This document shows positions 20,022 to 30,604 of a stretch of 64,000 bases of DNA, in pieces. The notes under the pieces are model-generated. The model had not been told where the DNA came from. It saw nothing but the letters and a program-made list of their open reading frames with translations, and searched no databases. The position numbers and the translations under genes are program-made. Source of the stretch: Candidatus Muproteobacteria bacterium (GTDB lineage Bacteria; Pseudomonadota; Gammaproteobacteria; Acidiferrobacterales; SPGG2); contig QKEI01000051.1 of NCBI GenBank assembly GCA_003251795.1, positions 24,823-88,822 of the forward strand, read 5' to 3'. Positions within the stretch are counted from its first letter, which is position 1. Each line of letters opens with the position of its first letter.

Positions 20022-21416
20022 ATGTCTGAGAAAGCTCACGCCGCGGAAATACCCGCCGAGATCTTCAAGGCCTACGATATCCGCGGCATCGTTGGGCGCA
20101 CGCTAACTCCCGCTATCGTCGAGTGCATTGGCCAAGCCTTGGGTAGTGAGGCACGTGCACGCAAGCAGCGCGCTTTAGCGGTCGGACGCGATGGTCGCTT
20201 ATCCGGCCCGGAAATTTCGCAGGCACTCAGTCGGGGTCTTGCGCGCGCTGGATGCGATGTCATCGACATTGGTATGGTGCCGACACCCGTGTTGTATTTC
20301 GCGACCCACCATCTCGGTACGCATTCCGGGGTGAGTGTCACCGGCAGCCACAACCCGCCGGATTACAACGGCTTGAAGATGATGCTCGCTGGCGAGACGC
20401 TGGCGGCGCAGGCGATCCAGGCGCTACGCCAGCGCATTGTGAACGGTGATCTGCTCGAGGGTCAGGGCCGTATCTCGAGCGCCGACGTGCGGGAGGCTTA
20501 TCTCGAGCGCATTACCGGCGACGTCAAACTCGCCCGGCCGATGAAGGTGATTGTCGACTGTGGCAATGGAGTGGCAGGCAGTGTCGCACCACAGCTGCTC
20601 CGCAGCTTAGGCTGTGAGGTGCAGGAGCTCTTTTGCGAGGTCGACGGCCATTTCCCCAACCACCACCCGGACCCCGGGCAACCAGCGAACCTAGTGGATC
20701 TGATCGCAGCGGTGAAAAGCCGGGCGGTCGACGTCGGCCTGGCGTTCGACGGCGATGGCGACCGTTTGGGCGTGATATCACCTGACGGCAACATCATCTG
20801 GCCCGATCGGCAGATGATCCTTTTTGCCCGTGACGTGCTTTCACGCCACCCGGGTGCGGAGATTATCTACGACGTCAAGAGCTCGCGGGCACTCGAGCAG
20901 GTGATCCGCGAGGCCGGCGGCAAACCGACTATTTGGAAAACCGGGCACTCACTGATCAAAGCCAAGTTAAAGGAAACGGGAGCGTTGTTGGCCGGCGAGA
21001 TGAGTGGGCATGTGTTCTTCAAAGAGCGCTGGTACGGTTTTGATGACGCGCTCTATGCCGCCGCCCGTTTGTTGGAATTACTGTCGCGCGATTCCCGCAC
21101 GCCGGCGGAGATCTTCGCGGCACTGCCGGATACCGTCAACACACCTGAGCTACACCTGCAGATGACCGAGGGTGAGCACCATGCCTTCATCAAGCAGCTG
21201 GTTGCACACGCCCGTTTCGGCGACGCCAAGGTCACCACCATCGATGGCTTGCGGGTTGACTTCGACGATGGCTTCGGCCTGGTACGCGCCTCAAATACCC
21301 AGCCGGTGCTGGTCTTTCGCTTCGAGGCCACCAGTCAGCAGGCGCTACAGCGCATCCAAGCTCAATTCAAAGCGCTCCTACTCGGACTGCGGCCGGATCT
21401 CGTGTTGCCGTTCTAA
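20022..21416 (+). CDS. algC: phosphomannomutase/phosphoglucomutase
   Basis: 464 aa. Phosphoserine loop TGSHNPPDYNG, metal loop FDGDGDR and GEMSGH. Same radC/coaBC-dut-algC order as I recall for Pseudomonas aeruginosa. Confidence 0.85.
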   Translation: MSEKAHAAEIPAEIFKAYDIRGIVGRTLTPAIVECIGQALGSEARARKQRALAVGRDGRLSGPEISQALSRGLARAGCDVIDIGMVPTPVLYFATHHLGTHSGVSVTGSHNPPDYNGLKMMLAGETLAAQAIQALRQRIVNGDLLEGQGRISSADVREAYLERITGDVKLARPMKVIVDCGNGVAGSVAPQLLRSLGCEVQELFCEVDGHFPNHHPDPGQPANLVDLIAAVKSRAVDVGLAFDGDGDRLGVISPDGNIIWPDRQMILFARDVLSRHPGAEIIYDVKSSRALEQVIREAGGKPTIWKTGHSLIKAKLKETGALLAGEMSGHVFFKERWYGFDDALYAAARLLELLSRDSRTPAEIFAALPDTVNTPELHLQMTEGEHHAFIKQLVAHARFGDAKVTTIDGLRVDFDDGFGLVRASNTQPVLVFRFEATSQQALQRIQAQFKALLLGLRPDLVLPF

Positions 21417-21513
21417 CGGAACGGACACTGGGCCGCCACACTTGAAAACGGCGGTCAAGGCCATCATCCAGACCTTTAAGGAACTGTCCTCCTCGGTGAG
21501 GCTCCAAATAGCT

Positions 21514-22482
21514 ATGAACCGAAAACGCCTTTCTGCACACAAGCTCAACAACCTACTGCAATCCGTGTCACTGCTCGGGGGCATGGCTGCGCTCGTGGCC
21601 TTGCTGGGTTGGCTGCTGGCGGGCGCCGATGGCGTGCTGTGGGCCGTGATCATCGGCGTGTTGATCCTCTGGCTTAGCCCGCGCGCCTCGCCGCGCCTAA
21701 CGTTACGCTGGTACGGTGCACGTGCACTAAGCCGTACCGAGGCACTCGGCTTGTACACATTGACGGACACTCTTGCTGAACGAGCACAGCTACCGGTTGC
21801 GCCCGAGCTCTACTACGCACCGACGCCGGCCATGAATGCCTTCGCTGTCGGACATCGCCATCAACCGGCCATCGCCGTTACCGATGGGCTGCTGCGTAAT
21901 CTCAGTCAGCGGGAGCTAGCTGGGGTGCTGGCGCATGAGATCAGCCACATTCGCAGCAACGACATCTGGGTTATGACACTGGCCGACACCGTTAGCCGAC
22001 TAACCGGCGGGTTGGCACTGATGGGTCAACTACTGTTATTTATCAACTTACCATTACTGCTGTTCGGCACAGCCGCCATCTCGTGGTGGGCAATTTTCCT
22101 ACTGCTGTTCGCGCCGACGATAAGCCTGCTACTGCAACTCGCCCTGTCGCGTACCCGCGAGTTTGACGCTGATATGGACGCCGTGGAAACCACCGGTGAC
22201 CCGTTGGGGTTGGCATCAGCTTTACGCAAGCTCGACCATCATCAGCGCGGTCTGTGGCAGCGCCTGTTCTTCCCTGGGCGTCGCACGCGTGATTCGTGGA
22301 TCCTAAGCACCCATCCGAGCTCCGAGGAGCGCATACGGCGTCTGACCGAGATTGCCGAGACCAACATGCCATCGGCGAGCTCCTCGGTGAGCCTACGCGT
22401 AGCCGATTTTTTTCCGCTGCTGGGCCAAGCACCATCGCCCCGCCGCTCACCCCGGTGGTGGTTTGGTCGTCTGCAACACTGA
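21514..22482 (+). CDS. M48-family zinc metalloprotease (HtpX-like), membrane
   Basis: Internal ATG of ORF 21172..22482, whose first 114 codons overlap algC. TM helices follow MNRKRLSAHKL. Has the HEISH (HExxH) motif and a later EFDAD segment. Confidence 0.75.
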   Translation: MNRKRLSAHKLNNLLQSVSLLGGMAALVALLGWLLAGADGVLWAVIIGVLILWLSPRASPRLTLRWYGARALSRTEALGLYTLTDTLAERAQLPVAPELYYAPTPAMNAFAVGHRHQPAIAVTDGLLRNLSQRELAGVLAHEISHIRSNDIWVMTLADTVSRLTGGLALMGQLLLFINLPLLLFGTAAISWWAIFLLLFAPTISLLLQLALSRTREFDADMDAVETTGDPLGLASALRKLDHHQRGLWQRLFFPGRRTRDSWILSTHPSSEERIRRLTEIAETNMPSASSSVSLRVADFFPLLGQAPSPRRSPRWWFGRLQH

Positions 22483-22542
22483 TGCATGCGCGCAGCTTGG
22501 TGCGGGCGTTGCGTTATGTGGTGACGCGGTTCTAGTTAAAAC

Positions 22543-23109
22543 CTAAGTCTTGGGGAGGGTAACACCGATCTGGCCCATGTACTTACCGCCGCGATCTTTG
22601 TAAGAGACATCACACTCTTGGTCGGCTTCGAAGAACACCACTTGTGCCACACCTTCGTTGGCGTAGATCTTCGCAGGTAGCGGCGTCGTATTGGAGAACT
22701 CAAGTGTCGCATAGCCTTCCCACTCGGGCTCGAACGGCGTCACATTGACGATGATACCGCAGCGCGCATAGGTCGATTTGCCAAGACAAATCGTCAACAC
22801 ATTTCGTGGGATGCGAAAATATTCGACGGTACGCGCGAGCGCGAACGAATTAGGCGGAATAATGCAGACCGGGCCTCGGAAGTCGACGAAGCTAGTATCG
22901 GCAAAGTTCTTCGGATCGACGATCGCGGTATTGATGTTGGTAAAGATCTTGAACTCTTCTGAGCAACGGATATCGTAACCGTAGCTCGAGGTGCCGAAGG
23001 ATACGACCCTCTCAGTGCCGTTGTGCTTGACCTGACCCGCCTCGAAGGGTTCGATCATGCCGTGCTCGCGCGCCATGCGCCGAATCCATTTGTCAGATTT
23101 GATACTCAT
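22543..23109 (-). CDS. dcd: dCTP deaminase
   Basis: Frame of ORF 22543..23142. The ATG at 23109 gives [22 protein letters not shown], the usual gammaproteobacterial Dcd N-terminus. 188 aa. Confidence 0.95.
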   Translation of the reverse strand: MSIKSDKWIRRMAREHGMIEPFEAGQVKHNGTERVVSFGTSSYGYDIRCSEEFKIFTNINTAIVDPKNFADTSFVDFRGPVCIIPPNSFALARTVEYFRIPRNVLTICLGKSTYARCGIIVNVTPFEPEWEGYATLEFSNTTPLPAKIYANEGVAQVVFFEADQECDVSYKDRGGKYMGQIGVTLPKT

Positions 23110-23138
23110 GTGCGGCGTCCGTATGACACCTGATTTCC

Positions 23139-24230
23139 TCACGTATTCTGGATAACGATGCTCGGAAAGGCGGCCGAGTAATCCTTCTTTCTCAAGGAAA
23201 GCTTGGCCGCCACCCGGCGGGCGATATCACGAAAGATCAGGCCTATACGACCGTCCGGATCGGCCACTACCGTCGGTCGGCCAGTGTCGGTTTCCTCGCG
23301 GATACGCACATCGAGCGGGATCGAACCCAAGAGATCGACGTTGTATTGCTCGGCCATGCGCTGACCACCACCTTCACCGAAGATGTGCTCCTCGTGCCCA
23401 CACTGGCTGCAGATATGGGTACTCATGTTCTCGATAATGCCCAGCACCGGCACGTCCACCTTCTCGAACATTTTCAGTCCTTTGCGTGCATCAAGCAGTG
23501 CAATGTCCTGCGGCGTGGTCACGATAATGGCGCCGCTGACAGGGACCTTCTGTGCGAGCGTCAGCTGGATGTCGCCCGTACCGGGGGGCAGATCGATCAC
23601 CAGATAATCGACTTGATCCCAGTGCGTATCCTTGAGCAACTGCTCGAGTGCCTGCGTGACCATCGGGCCGCGCCAGATCATGGGGGTCTCCTCCTCGATC
23701 AGGAAACCGATCGACATCGCCTGCAGTTGGTAACTGCGTATCGGTTCGAGTGAGCGACCGTCCTTGGATTGTGGCTTGGCCTTCACGCCGAGCATACGCG
23801 GTTGGCTCGGCCCGTAGATGTCGGCATCCAACACGCCCACGTTGGCCCCTTCTGCGGAAAGCGCCAATGCAAGATTCGCAGCGACGGTGGACTTACCAAC
23901 GCCACCTTTGCCGGAGGCCACGGCAATCATGTTCTTCACGCCTTCTAGCGGTTTGACGCCGCGCTGTACGGCGTGCGTGGCGATTTTCGAGGAGATGTTG
24001 ACCGTTGCGTCACTCACGCCGGAAAGCGCCCCGATCGCCGCCTTCAGCTTTGCAGCCAACTCCGCCTGGAAGCCTTTGGCGGGATAACCCAGGGACACAT
24101 CGACCGCGACCTTGCCGCCGTCGATGTCTATACTCTTGATCGCTTTCGCGCTGACCAGATCCTGCTTGAGGTAAGGATCGGTCACCTCTTTAAGGGCAGC
24201 CTCAACCTGCAATTTCGAAACAGCAGTCAT
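23139..24230 (-). CDS. apbC: iron-sulfur cluster carrier ATPase ApbC/Mrp
   Basis: 363 aa. N-terminal DUF59-like region, Walker [13 protein letters not shown], and [11 protein letters not shown] (CxxC). Confidence 0.9.
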   Translation of the reverse strand: MTAVSKLQVEAALKEVTDPYLKQDLVSAKAIKSIDIDGGKVAVDVSLGYPAKGFQAELAAKLKAAIGALSGVSDATVNISSKIATHAVQRGVKPLEGVKNMIAVASGKGGVGKSTVAANLALALSAEGANVGVLDADIYGPSQPRMLGVKAKPQSKDGRSLEPIRSYQLQAMSIGFLIEEETPMIWRGPMVTQALEQLLKDTHWDQVDYLVIDLPPGTGDIQLTLAQKVPVSGAIIVTTPQDIALLDARKGLKMFEKVDVPVLGIIENMSTHICSQCGHEEHIFGEGGGQRMAEQYNVDLLGSIPLDVRIREETDTGRPTVVADPDGRIGLIFRDIARRVAAKLSLRKKDYSAAFPSIVIQNT

Positions 24231-24413
24231 GCAAACGCTCTTCTACCTCGCTAACTTCGGGGGCCGACATGCTACACCGCGTATCCAAAAAAGTCATGCC
24301 GCCATCGCGGCGCCACGCGTGTTTCGCTCGGCACCACGGTGGTGGCAGTGACACAAAACTGGTAGTGTTGCGCGCTGCGGCCGTCCCGCTTCAGGGCCGG
24401 CCTTTGTAGTTGT

Positions 24414-26459
24414 ATGGTAATGTCCATGGCGCCACCGAAACGCACCATCCTCGTCACCAGCGCGTTACCCTACGCCAATGGCTCGATCCACCTCGGGCAT
24501 CTAGTCGAGTATATCCAGACCGACATCTGGGTACGGTTTCAGAAGATGCGCGGGCATGATTGCCTCTATGTCTGCGCGGATGATGCCCACGGCACACCGA
24601 TCATGGTACGCGCTCAGGACGAGGGTATTAGCCCCGAGGCGCTGGTGGAACGCTTCGGTGCCGAACATCGTTCGGATTTCGCCGAGTTCGGTATTGCGTT
24701 CGACAACTACTACACGACGCATTCACCGGAAAATCGCCACTTCGCCAACCTAATCTACCAGCGCCTGAAGAATGCCGGCCATATCACCTCACGGGTAATT
24801 GAGCAGGCGTTCGATCCTGAGAAACAATTGTTTCTGCCCGATCGTTTCATCAAGGGTGAGTGCCCCCGCTGCGGCAGTCCGGACCAATATGGCGACAGCT
24901 GCGAGGTGTGCGGGGCTACCTACTCGCCTACCGACCTGAAGAATCCGGTATCGGTCCTATCCGGGGCAAAACCGATATATAAGGAATCGGAGCACTACTT
25001 CTTCAAGCTGCAAGACTTCGAGCAGATGCTGCGCACCTGGATTCGTGGCGGCCACCTGCAAGTGGAGGTGATCAACAAGCTCGACGAATGGTTTGCCCAG
25101 GGGTTGCGTGAATGGGACATCTCGCGCGATGCCCCCTATTTTGGCTTCGAAATCCCCGATACCAAGAACAAGTACTTCTATGTCTGGCTGGACGCGCCGA
25201 TCGGCTACATGGCGAGCTTCAAGCACTTATGTGAGCGCACTGGCCTCGATTTCGATGCCTACTGGGGCGAACACAGTGCTGCCGAGTTGTACCACTTTAT
25301 CGGCAAAGATATTCTATATTTTCATGCGCTGTTTTGGCCGGCCATGCTCACCGGTGCAAACTTTCGCAAGCCCACGGCGATCTTTATCCACGGGTTCTTG
25401 ACGGTAAACGGGCAAAAGATGTCGAAATCGCGCGGGACCTTTATTACCGCGCGTACCTACCTCAAACATCTGAACCCCGAATATCTGCGCTATTACTTTG
25501 CCGCCAAACTCAATAGTCGTGTCGAAGACCTTGATCTCAACTTAGACGACTTCGTTGCGCGGGTGAACTCCGACTTGATCGGTAAGCTCGTTAACATCGC
25601 CAGCCGTTGTGCTGGTTTTATCAACCAGCGATTTGCGGGGCGTCTCGCTGAAGCGCTGCCGGAGCCGGCGCTGTACCAGCGCTTTGCCAACGCCCGCCAC
25701 GTCATCGCCGAGCATTACGAGGCACGGGAGTATGGTCGCGCGATACGCGAGGTCATGACGCTCGCCGATGAAGCAAACCAGTATATCAACGACCGACAGC
25801 CGTGGGTGCTGGCGAAACAGTCGGGGAAGGACCATGACCTGCAAGCGATCTGTACCCAAGGTCTGAATCTATTTCGTGCACTGGCCATCTACCTCAAGCC
25901 GGTGCTACCGCGTACCGTGGCCGGGGCGGAAGCCTTTCTCGATGTCGAACCATTTTTCTGGGATGCGAGCGCAACACCGTTACTCACGCATACGATAAAA
26001 CCCTTCGAGCATTTGCTTACGCGTGTCGAGCACACGGCTGTCGAGGCGCTGCTCACCGACACGAAGGAGGAACTGACAACAATGAAAAACACATCATCCT
26101 CGGCAAGTCCACTGTCTGCCGACCCGATAGCTGCCGAAATCAATTACGACGAGTTTGCCAAGGTCGATCTGCGCGTCGCGCGCATCACCAAGGCCGAGCA
26201 TGTTGATGGTGCGGACAAGCTGTTGCGCCTGACGCTAGACCTCGGCGGGGAAATGCGCACGGTATTTGCTGGCATTAAGTCCGCGTATGCACCCGAGGAT
26301 CTCGAAGGCCGGCTAACAGTGATGGTAGCCAACCTGGCGCCACGCAAGATGCGCTTTGGCGTTTCCGAAGGTATGGTGCTCGCCGCTGGCCCCGGCGGGC
26401 AAGATTTGTGGCTGCTCGCACCCGACGAAGGTGCGCCTCCGGGTTCGCGCGTCAAATAG
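24414..26459 (+). CDS. metG: methionine--tRNA ligase
   Basis: 681 aa. HLGH ([10 protein letters not shown]), KMSKS ([10 protein letters not shown]), zinc knuckle [18 protein letters not shown], and a C-terminal tRNA-binding domain ([11 protein letters not shown]). The true start may be the ATG at 24426. Confidence 0.95.
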   Translation: MVMSMAPPKRTILVTSALPYANGSIHLGHLVEYIQTDIWVRFQKMRGHDCLYVCADDAHGTPIMVRAQDEGISPEALVERFGAEHRSDFAEFGIAFDNYYTTHSPENRHFANLIYQRLKNAGHITSRVIEQAFDPEKQLFLPDRFIKGECPRCGSPDQYGDSCEVCGATYSPTDLKNPVSVLSGAKPIYKESEHYFFKLQDFEQMLRTWIRGGHLQVEVINKLDEWFAQGLREWDISRDAPYFGFEIPDTKNKYFYVWLDAPIGYMASFKHLCERTGLDFDAYWGEHSAAELYHFIGKDILYFHALFWPAMLTGANFRKPTAIFIHGFLTVNGQKMSKSRGTFITARTYLKHLNPEYLRYYFAAKLNSRVEDLDLNLDDFVARVNSDLIGKLVNIASRCAGFINQRFAGRLAEALPEPALYQRFANARHVIAEHYEAREYGRAIREVMTLADEANQYINDRQPWVLAKQSGKDHDLQAICTQGLNLFRALAIYLKPVLPRTVAGAEAFLDVEPFFWDASATPLLTHTIKPFEHLLTRVEHTAVEALLTDTKEELTTMKNTSSSASPLSADPIAAEINYDEFAKVDLRVARITKAEHVDGADKLLRLTLDLGGEMRTVFAGIKSAYAPEDLEGRLTVMVANLAPRKMRFGVSEGMVLAAGPGGQDLWLLAPDEGAPPGSRVK

Positions 26460-26474
26460 TGAAAGGGTCATAGC

Positions 26475-27134
26475 ATGTCTGACGACACCCTACCTGCGCT
26501 AACCGAACGCATTGACGCTCATTTGCCACAGACACAATGTACCCAATGCGGGTATCCGCGCTGCCTCGCCTACGCCGAGGCCGTCGCGCGCGGCGAGGCC
26601 GACATCAATCAATGCCCGCCGGGCGGGACGGAAACGATCGCGGCATTGGCCAACTTGCTCCGCATGGAGCGTAAGCCGCTCGATCCGGTTTTCGGCGTGC
26701 ACCGACCGCGTACCCTCGCCGTGATCAAGGAACCCGAATGCATCGGCTGCACACTTTGCATACAAGTTTGCCCGGTGGACGCTATCGTCGGCGCATCCAA
26801 GCAGATGCACACCATCATTGCCAAGGAGTGTACGGGCTGTGAGCTTTGTGTAGCACCGTGCCCGGTTGACTGTATCGAAATGGTGCCGTTCGTTGACGGC
26901 GATGCCCGCGATGATTGGCCGTGGCCAGAGTATTCGCGCGAGCACGCTGAGCGTGCGCGCCGACGCACCCAAGCGCGTTTCGCGCGTCTTCAACGTCTTG
27001 CTAGGCTCGCAGACGCCCGTGCTTTGGCTCCCTACCCGGCTCGCGAGCAGATTCGCGAGGAGATTGCGGCGGCAGTGGCGCGCGTGCGCACGAGCAAGGC
27101 GCGACGCCAGACTCCGAGGCGGCAACCGCAATAA
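26475..27134 (+). CDS. RnfB-like ferredoxin (Fe-S cluster domain plus 2x[4Fe-4S]) without a membrane anchor
   Basis: 219 aa. [16 protein letters not shown]...QCPPGG, then [16 protein letters not shown] and [16 protein letters not shown], with an Arg-rich C-terminal tail. Ends 6 nt upstream of nth. Confidence 0.75.
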   Translation: MSDDTLPALTERIDAHLPQTQCTQCGYPRCLAYAEAVARGEADINQCPPGGTETIAALANLLRMERKPLDPVFGVHRPRTLAVIKEPECIGCTLCIQVCPVDAIVGASKQMHTIIAKECTGCELCVAPCPVDCIEMVPFVDGDARDDWPWPEYSREHAERARRRTQARFARLQRLARLADARALAPYPAREQIREEIAAAVARVRTSKARRQTPRRQPQ

Positions 27135-27140
27135 CAGACA

Positions 27141-27776
27141 ATGCAGGCCAGAGCGCGACGTGAGATGTTTGAGCGTCTGCGACGCGCAAATCCCGCGCCC
27201 ACCACCGAACTCAAGTTCCGCACGCCGTTTGAGTTACTCATCTCCGTGATGCTGTCTGCGCAAGCAACTGACGTCAGCGTCAACAAGGCAACGCGCGAGC
27301 TTTTCAAGCTCGCCCGCACGCCAAGTGCCATGCTCAGACTCGGTGTGAGGGGCATCAAACGCCATATTAAGAGTATCGGCCTTTACAACACCAAGGCTGT
27401 CAATATCGTCAGAACCTGCAAGATACTGATAGAGCGTCACGGCGGCCGTGTGCCGTCCACGCGTGAGGAACTGGAGGCCCTGCCAGGCGTAGGACGCAAG
27501 ACCGCCAATGTCGTGCTCAACACGGCCTTCGGCGAGCCAACCATCGCTGTCGATACCCATATCTTTCGCGTTGCCAACCGCACCGGACTGGCATCTGGGC
27601 GCACGCCGTTTGCCGTGGAACAGGAACTGTTGAAAGCAGTACCGCCCCGCTACAGGCAACACGCGCATCATTGGCTGATCCTGCACGGCCGTTACACGTG
27701 TTTGGCACGCAAACCTCACTGTGGGCGCTGCGTGATCTATGATTTGTGTGAGTATCCGGATAAATTAGCTTTATGA
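27141..27776 (+). CDS. nth: endonuclease III
   Basis: 211 aa. HhH-GPD LPGVGRKTANVVL, VDTHIFRV, and Fe-S cluster loop CLARKPHCGRCVIYDLC. Confidence 0.95.
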   Translation: MQARARREMFERLRRANPAPTTELKFRTPFELLISVMLSAQATDVSVNKATRELFKLARTPSAMLRLGVRGIKRHIKSIGLYNTKAVNIVRTCKILIERHGGRVPSTREELEALPGVGRKTANVVLNTAFGEPTIAVDTHIFRVANRTGLASGRTPFAVEQELLKAVPPRYRQHAHHWLILHGRYTCLARKPHCGRCVIYDLCEYPDKLAL

Positions 27777-28879
27777 GCCAACGGCTAGTTGCGACAGGCT
27801 TGAGCCGCGGCACCCGGACCCACCCGGAGCACGCCGCCGATGCGGTTACGCAGGCGCTGGCGCGGGCCGGCGTAGGCCACGCCAACGGCGTGCTGCTGTT
27901 CCTGACTCCGGATTACGCGCGACACCCCGAACCGGCTTTGCGCGCAGCCGCGCGCGCCGCCGACTGCATGCAAGTGGTCGGTTGCACTGGCGCTGGCGTG
28001 TTCACCGAAGAAGAGTGGGTACTCGATGCACCAGGAGCGGCGGCCATGGTGTTTAGCGGCCGTGTGCGCCTGACGCTGCCGGCGTCTGATCACGCTGACC
28101 CCCGTCCGGTGCTGAGCTTGTGCACTCCGTCTGGGCTCACTGCAGACTGGCTCGATGCGGCGGCCGCCCGTATCGGTGCTGTTTCCGCCGATCTGGAGGG
28201 TGAAGGACCCTTCAAGGTGTGGAGTGGAACGCGTGTGGCGGAAAGTGGTTGCGTGGAGAGTGTAATCGACGGTGTCGAAGGGTCCATAGGCGCTTCACAG
28301 GGGATGCGCGCACTCACCTCGCCGATTGAGGTGGTCGAGGTCGAGGGCTACGACGTGTTGCGACTCGGCAATTCGTCCGCGTTAAACGCACTCACTAGCG
28401 CGCTACCCGTAGCCGTGCGAAAGATGAAACGTCTGCCGTGGCATCTGATCATGGGGGGCGTGACCTTCGGTGACCCGAGCACCGCCATACGCGAAGGTCG
28501 CTACCGACTAAATCACATCGTCTCCGCTAACTCCAAGGAACAGTCAATCACCCTTTCCCACCCCCTTAACCGTGGCGAGCGCCTGTTTTGGGCGATGCGC
28601 GATGCGCTCGCAGCCGAGCGCGATCTGCGTGCTGTCATCGATCATACTGGCGAAGCGTTAAGGGGCGAGCCCGATTTTGCACTGCTGTTCCCATGCATGG
28701 GTCGAGGACCGAATTTCTACGGTAACCGCGATCGCGACTTGGAGTTGATGAAAGAGCGTTTTCCTGGCTTACCGCTTATCGGCATCTACGGCAACGGCGA
28801 GATCGGCCCGTTGGAAAACGGCAATCATCTATATCAGTACTCCGTCGTGATGGGCTTATTCCGCGCCCTCCCCGCCTAA
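27773..28879 (+). CDS. FIST-domain (FIST_N + FIST_C) sensor-like protein with no output domain
   Basis: 368 aa. VLLFLTPDY...VVGCTGAGVF in the N-terminal half and LFPCMGRGPNFYG...LIGIYGNGEIGP in the C-terminal half match my memory of FIST domains. ATGA overlap with the nth stop. Confidence 0.7.
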   Translation: MSQRLVATGLSRGTRTHPEHAADAVTQALARAGVGHANGVLLFLTPDYARHPEPALRAAARAADCMQVVGCTGAGVFTEEEWVLDAPGAAAMVFSGRVRLTLPASDHADPRPVLSLCTPSGLTADWLDAAAARIGAVSADLEGEGPFKVWSGTRVAESGCVESVIDGVEGSIGASQGMRALTSPIEVVEVEGYDVLRLGNSSALNALTSALPVAVRKMKRLPWHLIMGGVTFGDPSTAIREGRYRLNHIVSANSKEQSITLSHPLNRGERLFWAMRDALAAERDLRAVIDHTGEALRGEPDFALLFPCMGRGPNFYGNRDRDLELMKERFPGLPLIGIYGNGEIGPLENGNHLYQYSVVMGLFRALPA

Positions 28880-28884
28880 AGGGC

Positions 28885-29322
28885 ATGCTTTATACCAGCG
28901 AGCGTCAACACATGCGCGAAGTGTTCTTCCGCGCATGGCGTAACTACCGGGAACAAAGGTCTCTGGAAGAAATGGAGCGGGTGATTGTCAATATCGCCTT
29001 GCGCCATCCCGAATACCACGACGTGCTCGACAATCCTTCGCGTCATGAAGACCGTGATTATCTACCAGAGAGCGGACAAACGAATCCATTTCTGCATATG
29101 GCGTTGCATATCGCCGTACACGAGCAGCTATCCACTGCACGCCCCACCGGCATACGCGAAGCTTATCAGGCGCTACTTAAGCGCTTCGATGACACCCACA
29201 CCGCCGAGCACCAGATGATGGAGTGCCTTGCCCAAACGTTGTGGCAAGCACAACGCCAACACGAGGCATCCTCTGAGGCCGATTACCTCGCGTGCCTCGG
29301 CCACCGAGCGGCTGCGCGTTAG
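28885..29322 (+). CDS. DUF1841 family protein
   Basis: 145 aa. GQTNPFLHMALHIAVHEQL...RPTGIREAYQ...AEHQMMECLAQTLWQAQR matches the DUF1841 pattern I remember. Confidence 0.65.
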   Translation: MLYTSERQHMREVFFRAWRNYREQRSLEEMERVIVNIALRHPEYHDVLDNPSRHEDRDYLPESGQTNPFLHMALHIAVHEQLSTARPTGIREAYQALLKRFDDTHTAEHQMMECLAQTLWQAQRQHEASSEADYLACLGHRAAAR

Positions 29323-29586
29323 GGCTCGCCGCCGTCGCGCTGGGAATGCCCATCGAAATTGGGCAAACTTGTCTTCAGCAACGCGTCTCATAGGTGATCT
29401 TCGCGCTCGACCCGCTGGCGTTACGCGCTCACTCGGGCGCACCCCTACAAGCACATCAATTCTAGGGTTTTGTCGCCGAAATGGAATTCTCCTAGTAGCG
29501 GTCTTACTTATTTATTTCGACCATCACTTATGGGACCATCGCGGCGGCCTGACCATCACCCTAGACCGACAACCAAGCGAAACACA

Positions 29587-30576
29587 ATGAGAGCTGCCTG
29601 CAAGATACCAGTCTTGGAAGAACCCGCATCGTTCACGCGTGTGTTGCACGCCCACGGCGTCGGGCCCCTGCGCCGTGCAGCATTGCGTGAGCTGCAGATA
29701 AACGTCGGGCGATTATGCAATCAGGCCTGCGGACACTGTCACGTCGATGCCGGCCCTAAACGCACAGAGATCATGGCGTGGAAAACCATGCAGCGCATTG
29801 TGGCATGGGCGGAACGCGCCGCGATCAGCAAAGTTGACATTACCGGCGGCGCACCCGAGCTCAATGCGAATTTTCGTCGGCTGGTTGACGCTTTCACGGC
29901 GCTCGGGACAGACATCACCGCACGTTGTAACTTGACCGTACTGCTGGAACCGGGACAGGAAGATCTCGCGGCTTGGTATGCGACACGGCGCGTACGATTA
30001 GTCTGTTCGCTACCCTGCTACAGTCGCAACAACGTCGATGCGCAACGCGGTGATGGCGTGTTCGATAAGAGTATCCGGGCGCTTCAGCTTCTCAATCGCC
30101 ATGGTTACGGTGGTGCAGAAGATTTGTTACTTGATTTGGTCTACAACCCAGGTGGTGCTACGCTGCCGCCGTCGCAGGCACAGTTGGAAAAAGATTACCG
30201 ACAGCGTCTGGACGAAGATTTCGGAATCCGTTTCAACAACCTGTTGACGCTTACCAACCTGCCCATCAACCGCTTCGCACATTATTTGGATCGCACCGGG
30301 CAACGTCAGGCATATCAGCGGCTGCTAGTCGAGAACTTCAATGCCAATACCGTGCTCGGGCTTATGTGTCGTCACCTGCTGAGTGTTGACTGGCAGGGGC
30401 ACGTTTACGACTGCGACTTCAACCAAATGCTCAGTCTACCACTCGGCGCGGGTCGCCAACGTTACCTGTGGGAGATTGATGCCGAACAGTTGCACAACAG
30501 CACCATCGGCGTTGGTACCCATTGTTTCGGCTGCACCGCTGGAAATGGCAGCAGTTGTGGCGGTGCGCTTGTTTAG
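29587..30576 (+). CDS. radical SAM/Cys-rich domain protein (ArsS-like, TIGR04167-type)
   Basis: Internal ATG of ORF 29470..30576. Radical SAM cluster CNQACGHCH and a C-terminal Cys-rich end HCFGCTAGNGSSCGG. Two partner transferase-like genes converge on it. Confidence 0.75.
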   Translation: MRAACKIPVLEEPASFTRVLHAHGVGPLRRAALRELQINVGRLCNQACGHCHVDAGPKRTEIMAWKTMQRIVAWAERAAISKVDITGGAPELNANFRRLVDAFTALGTDITARCNLTVLLEPGQEDLAAWYATRRVRLVCSLPCYSRNNVDAQRGDGVFDKSIRALQLLNRHGYGGAEDLLLDLVYNPGGATLPPSQAQLEKDYRQRLDEDFGIRFNNLLTLTNLPINRFAHYLDRTGQRQAYQRLLVENFNANTVLGLMCRHLLSVDWQGHVYDCDFNQMLSLPLGAGRQRYLWEIDAEQLHNSTIGVGTHCFGCTAGNGSSCGGALV

Positions 30577-30604
30577 ACGATCCAGCGGTGAGAGAGCCCA
30601 TTAG

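Noticed and set aside
21172-21513. N-terminal 114 codons of ORF 21172..22482, which would give a 436-aa protein overlapping algC by 245 nt.
   Set aside because: This part is Ser/Pro/Arg-rich and out of frame with the algC coding sequence. The M48 protease begins naturally at MNRKRL (21514), followed by TM helices.
26499-27131. 210-aa ORF antisense to the RnfB-like ferredoxin gene.
   Set aside because: The plus frame carries three unmistakable Fe-S Cys motifs, while the antisense frame is Arg/Ala-rich.
29470-29586. 39-codon N-terminal extension of the ArsS-like ORF.
   Set aside because: Pro/Arg/Ser-rich with no homology pattern. The ATG at 29587 is the more plausible start, though this is not proven.
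30480-30576. Possible selenocysteine (in-frame TGA) in the C-terminal Cys-rich domain of the ArsS-like protein, as occurs in some family members.
   Set aside because: The reading frame is uninterrupted and every position of the motif is Cys (HCFGCTAGNGSSCGG). The TAG at 30574..30576 is a normal stop.
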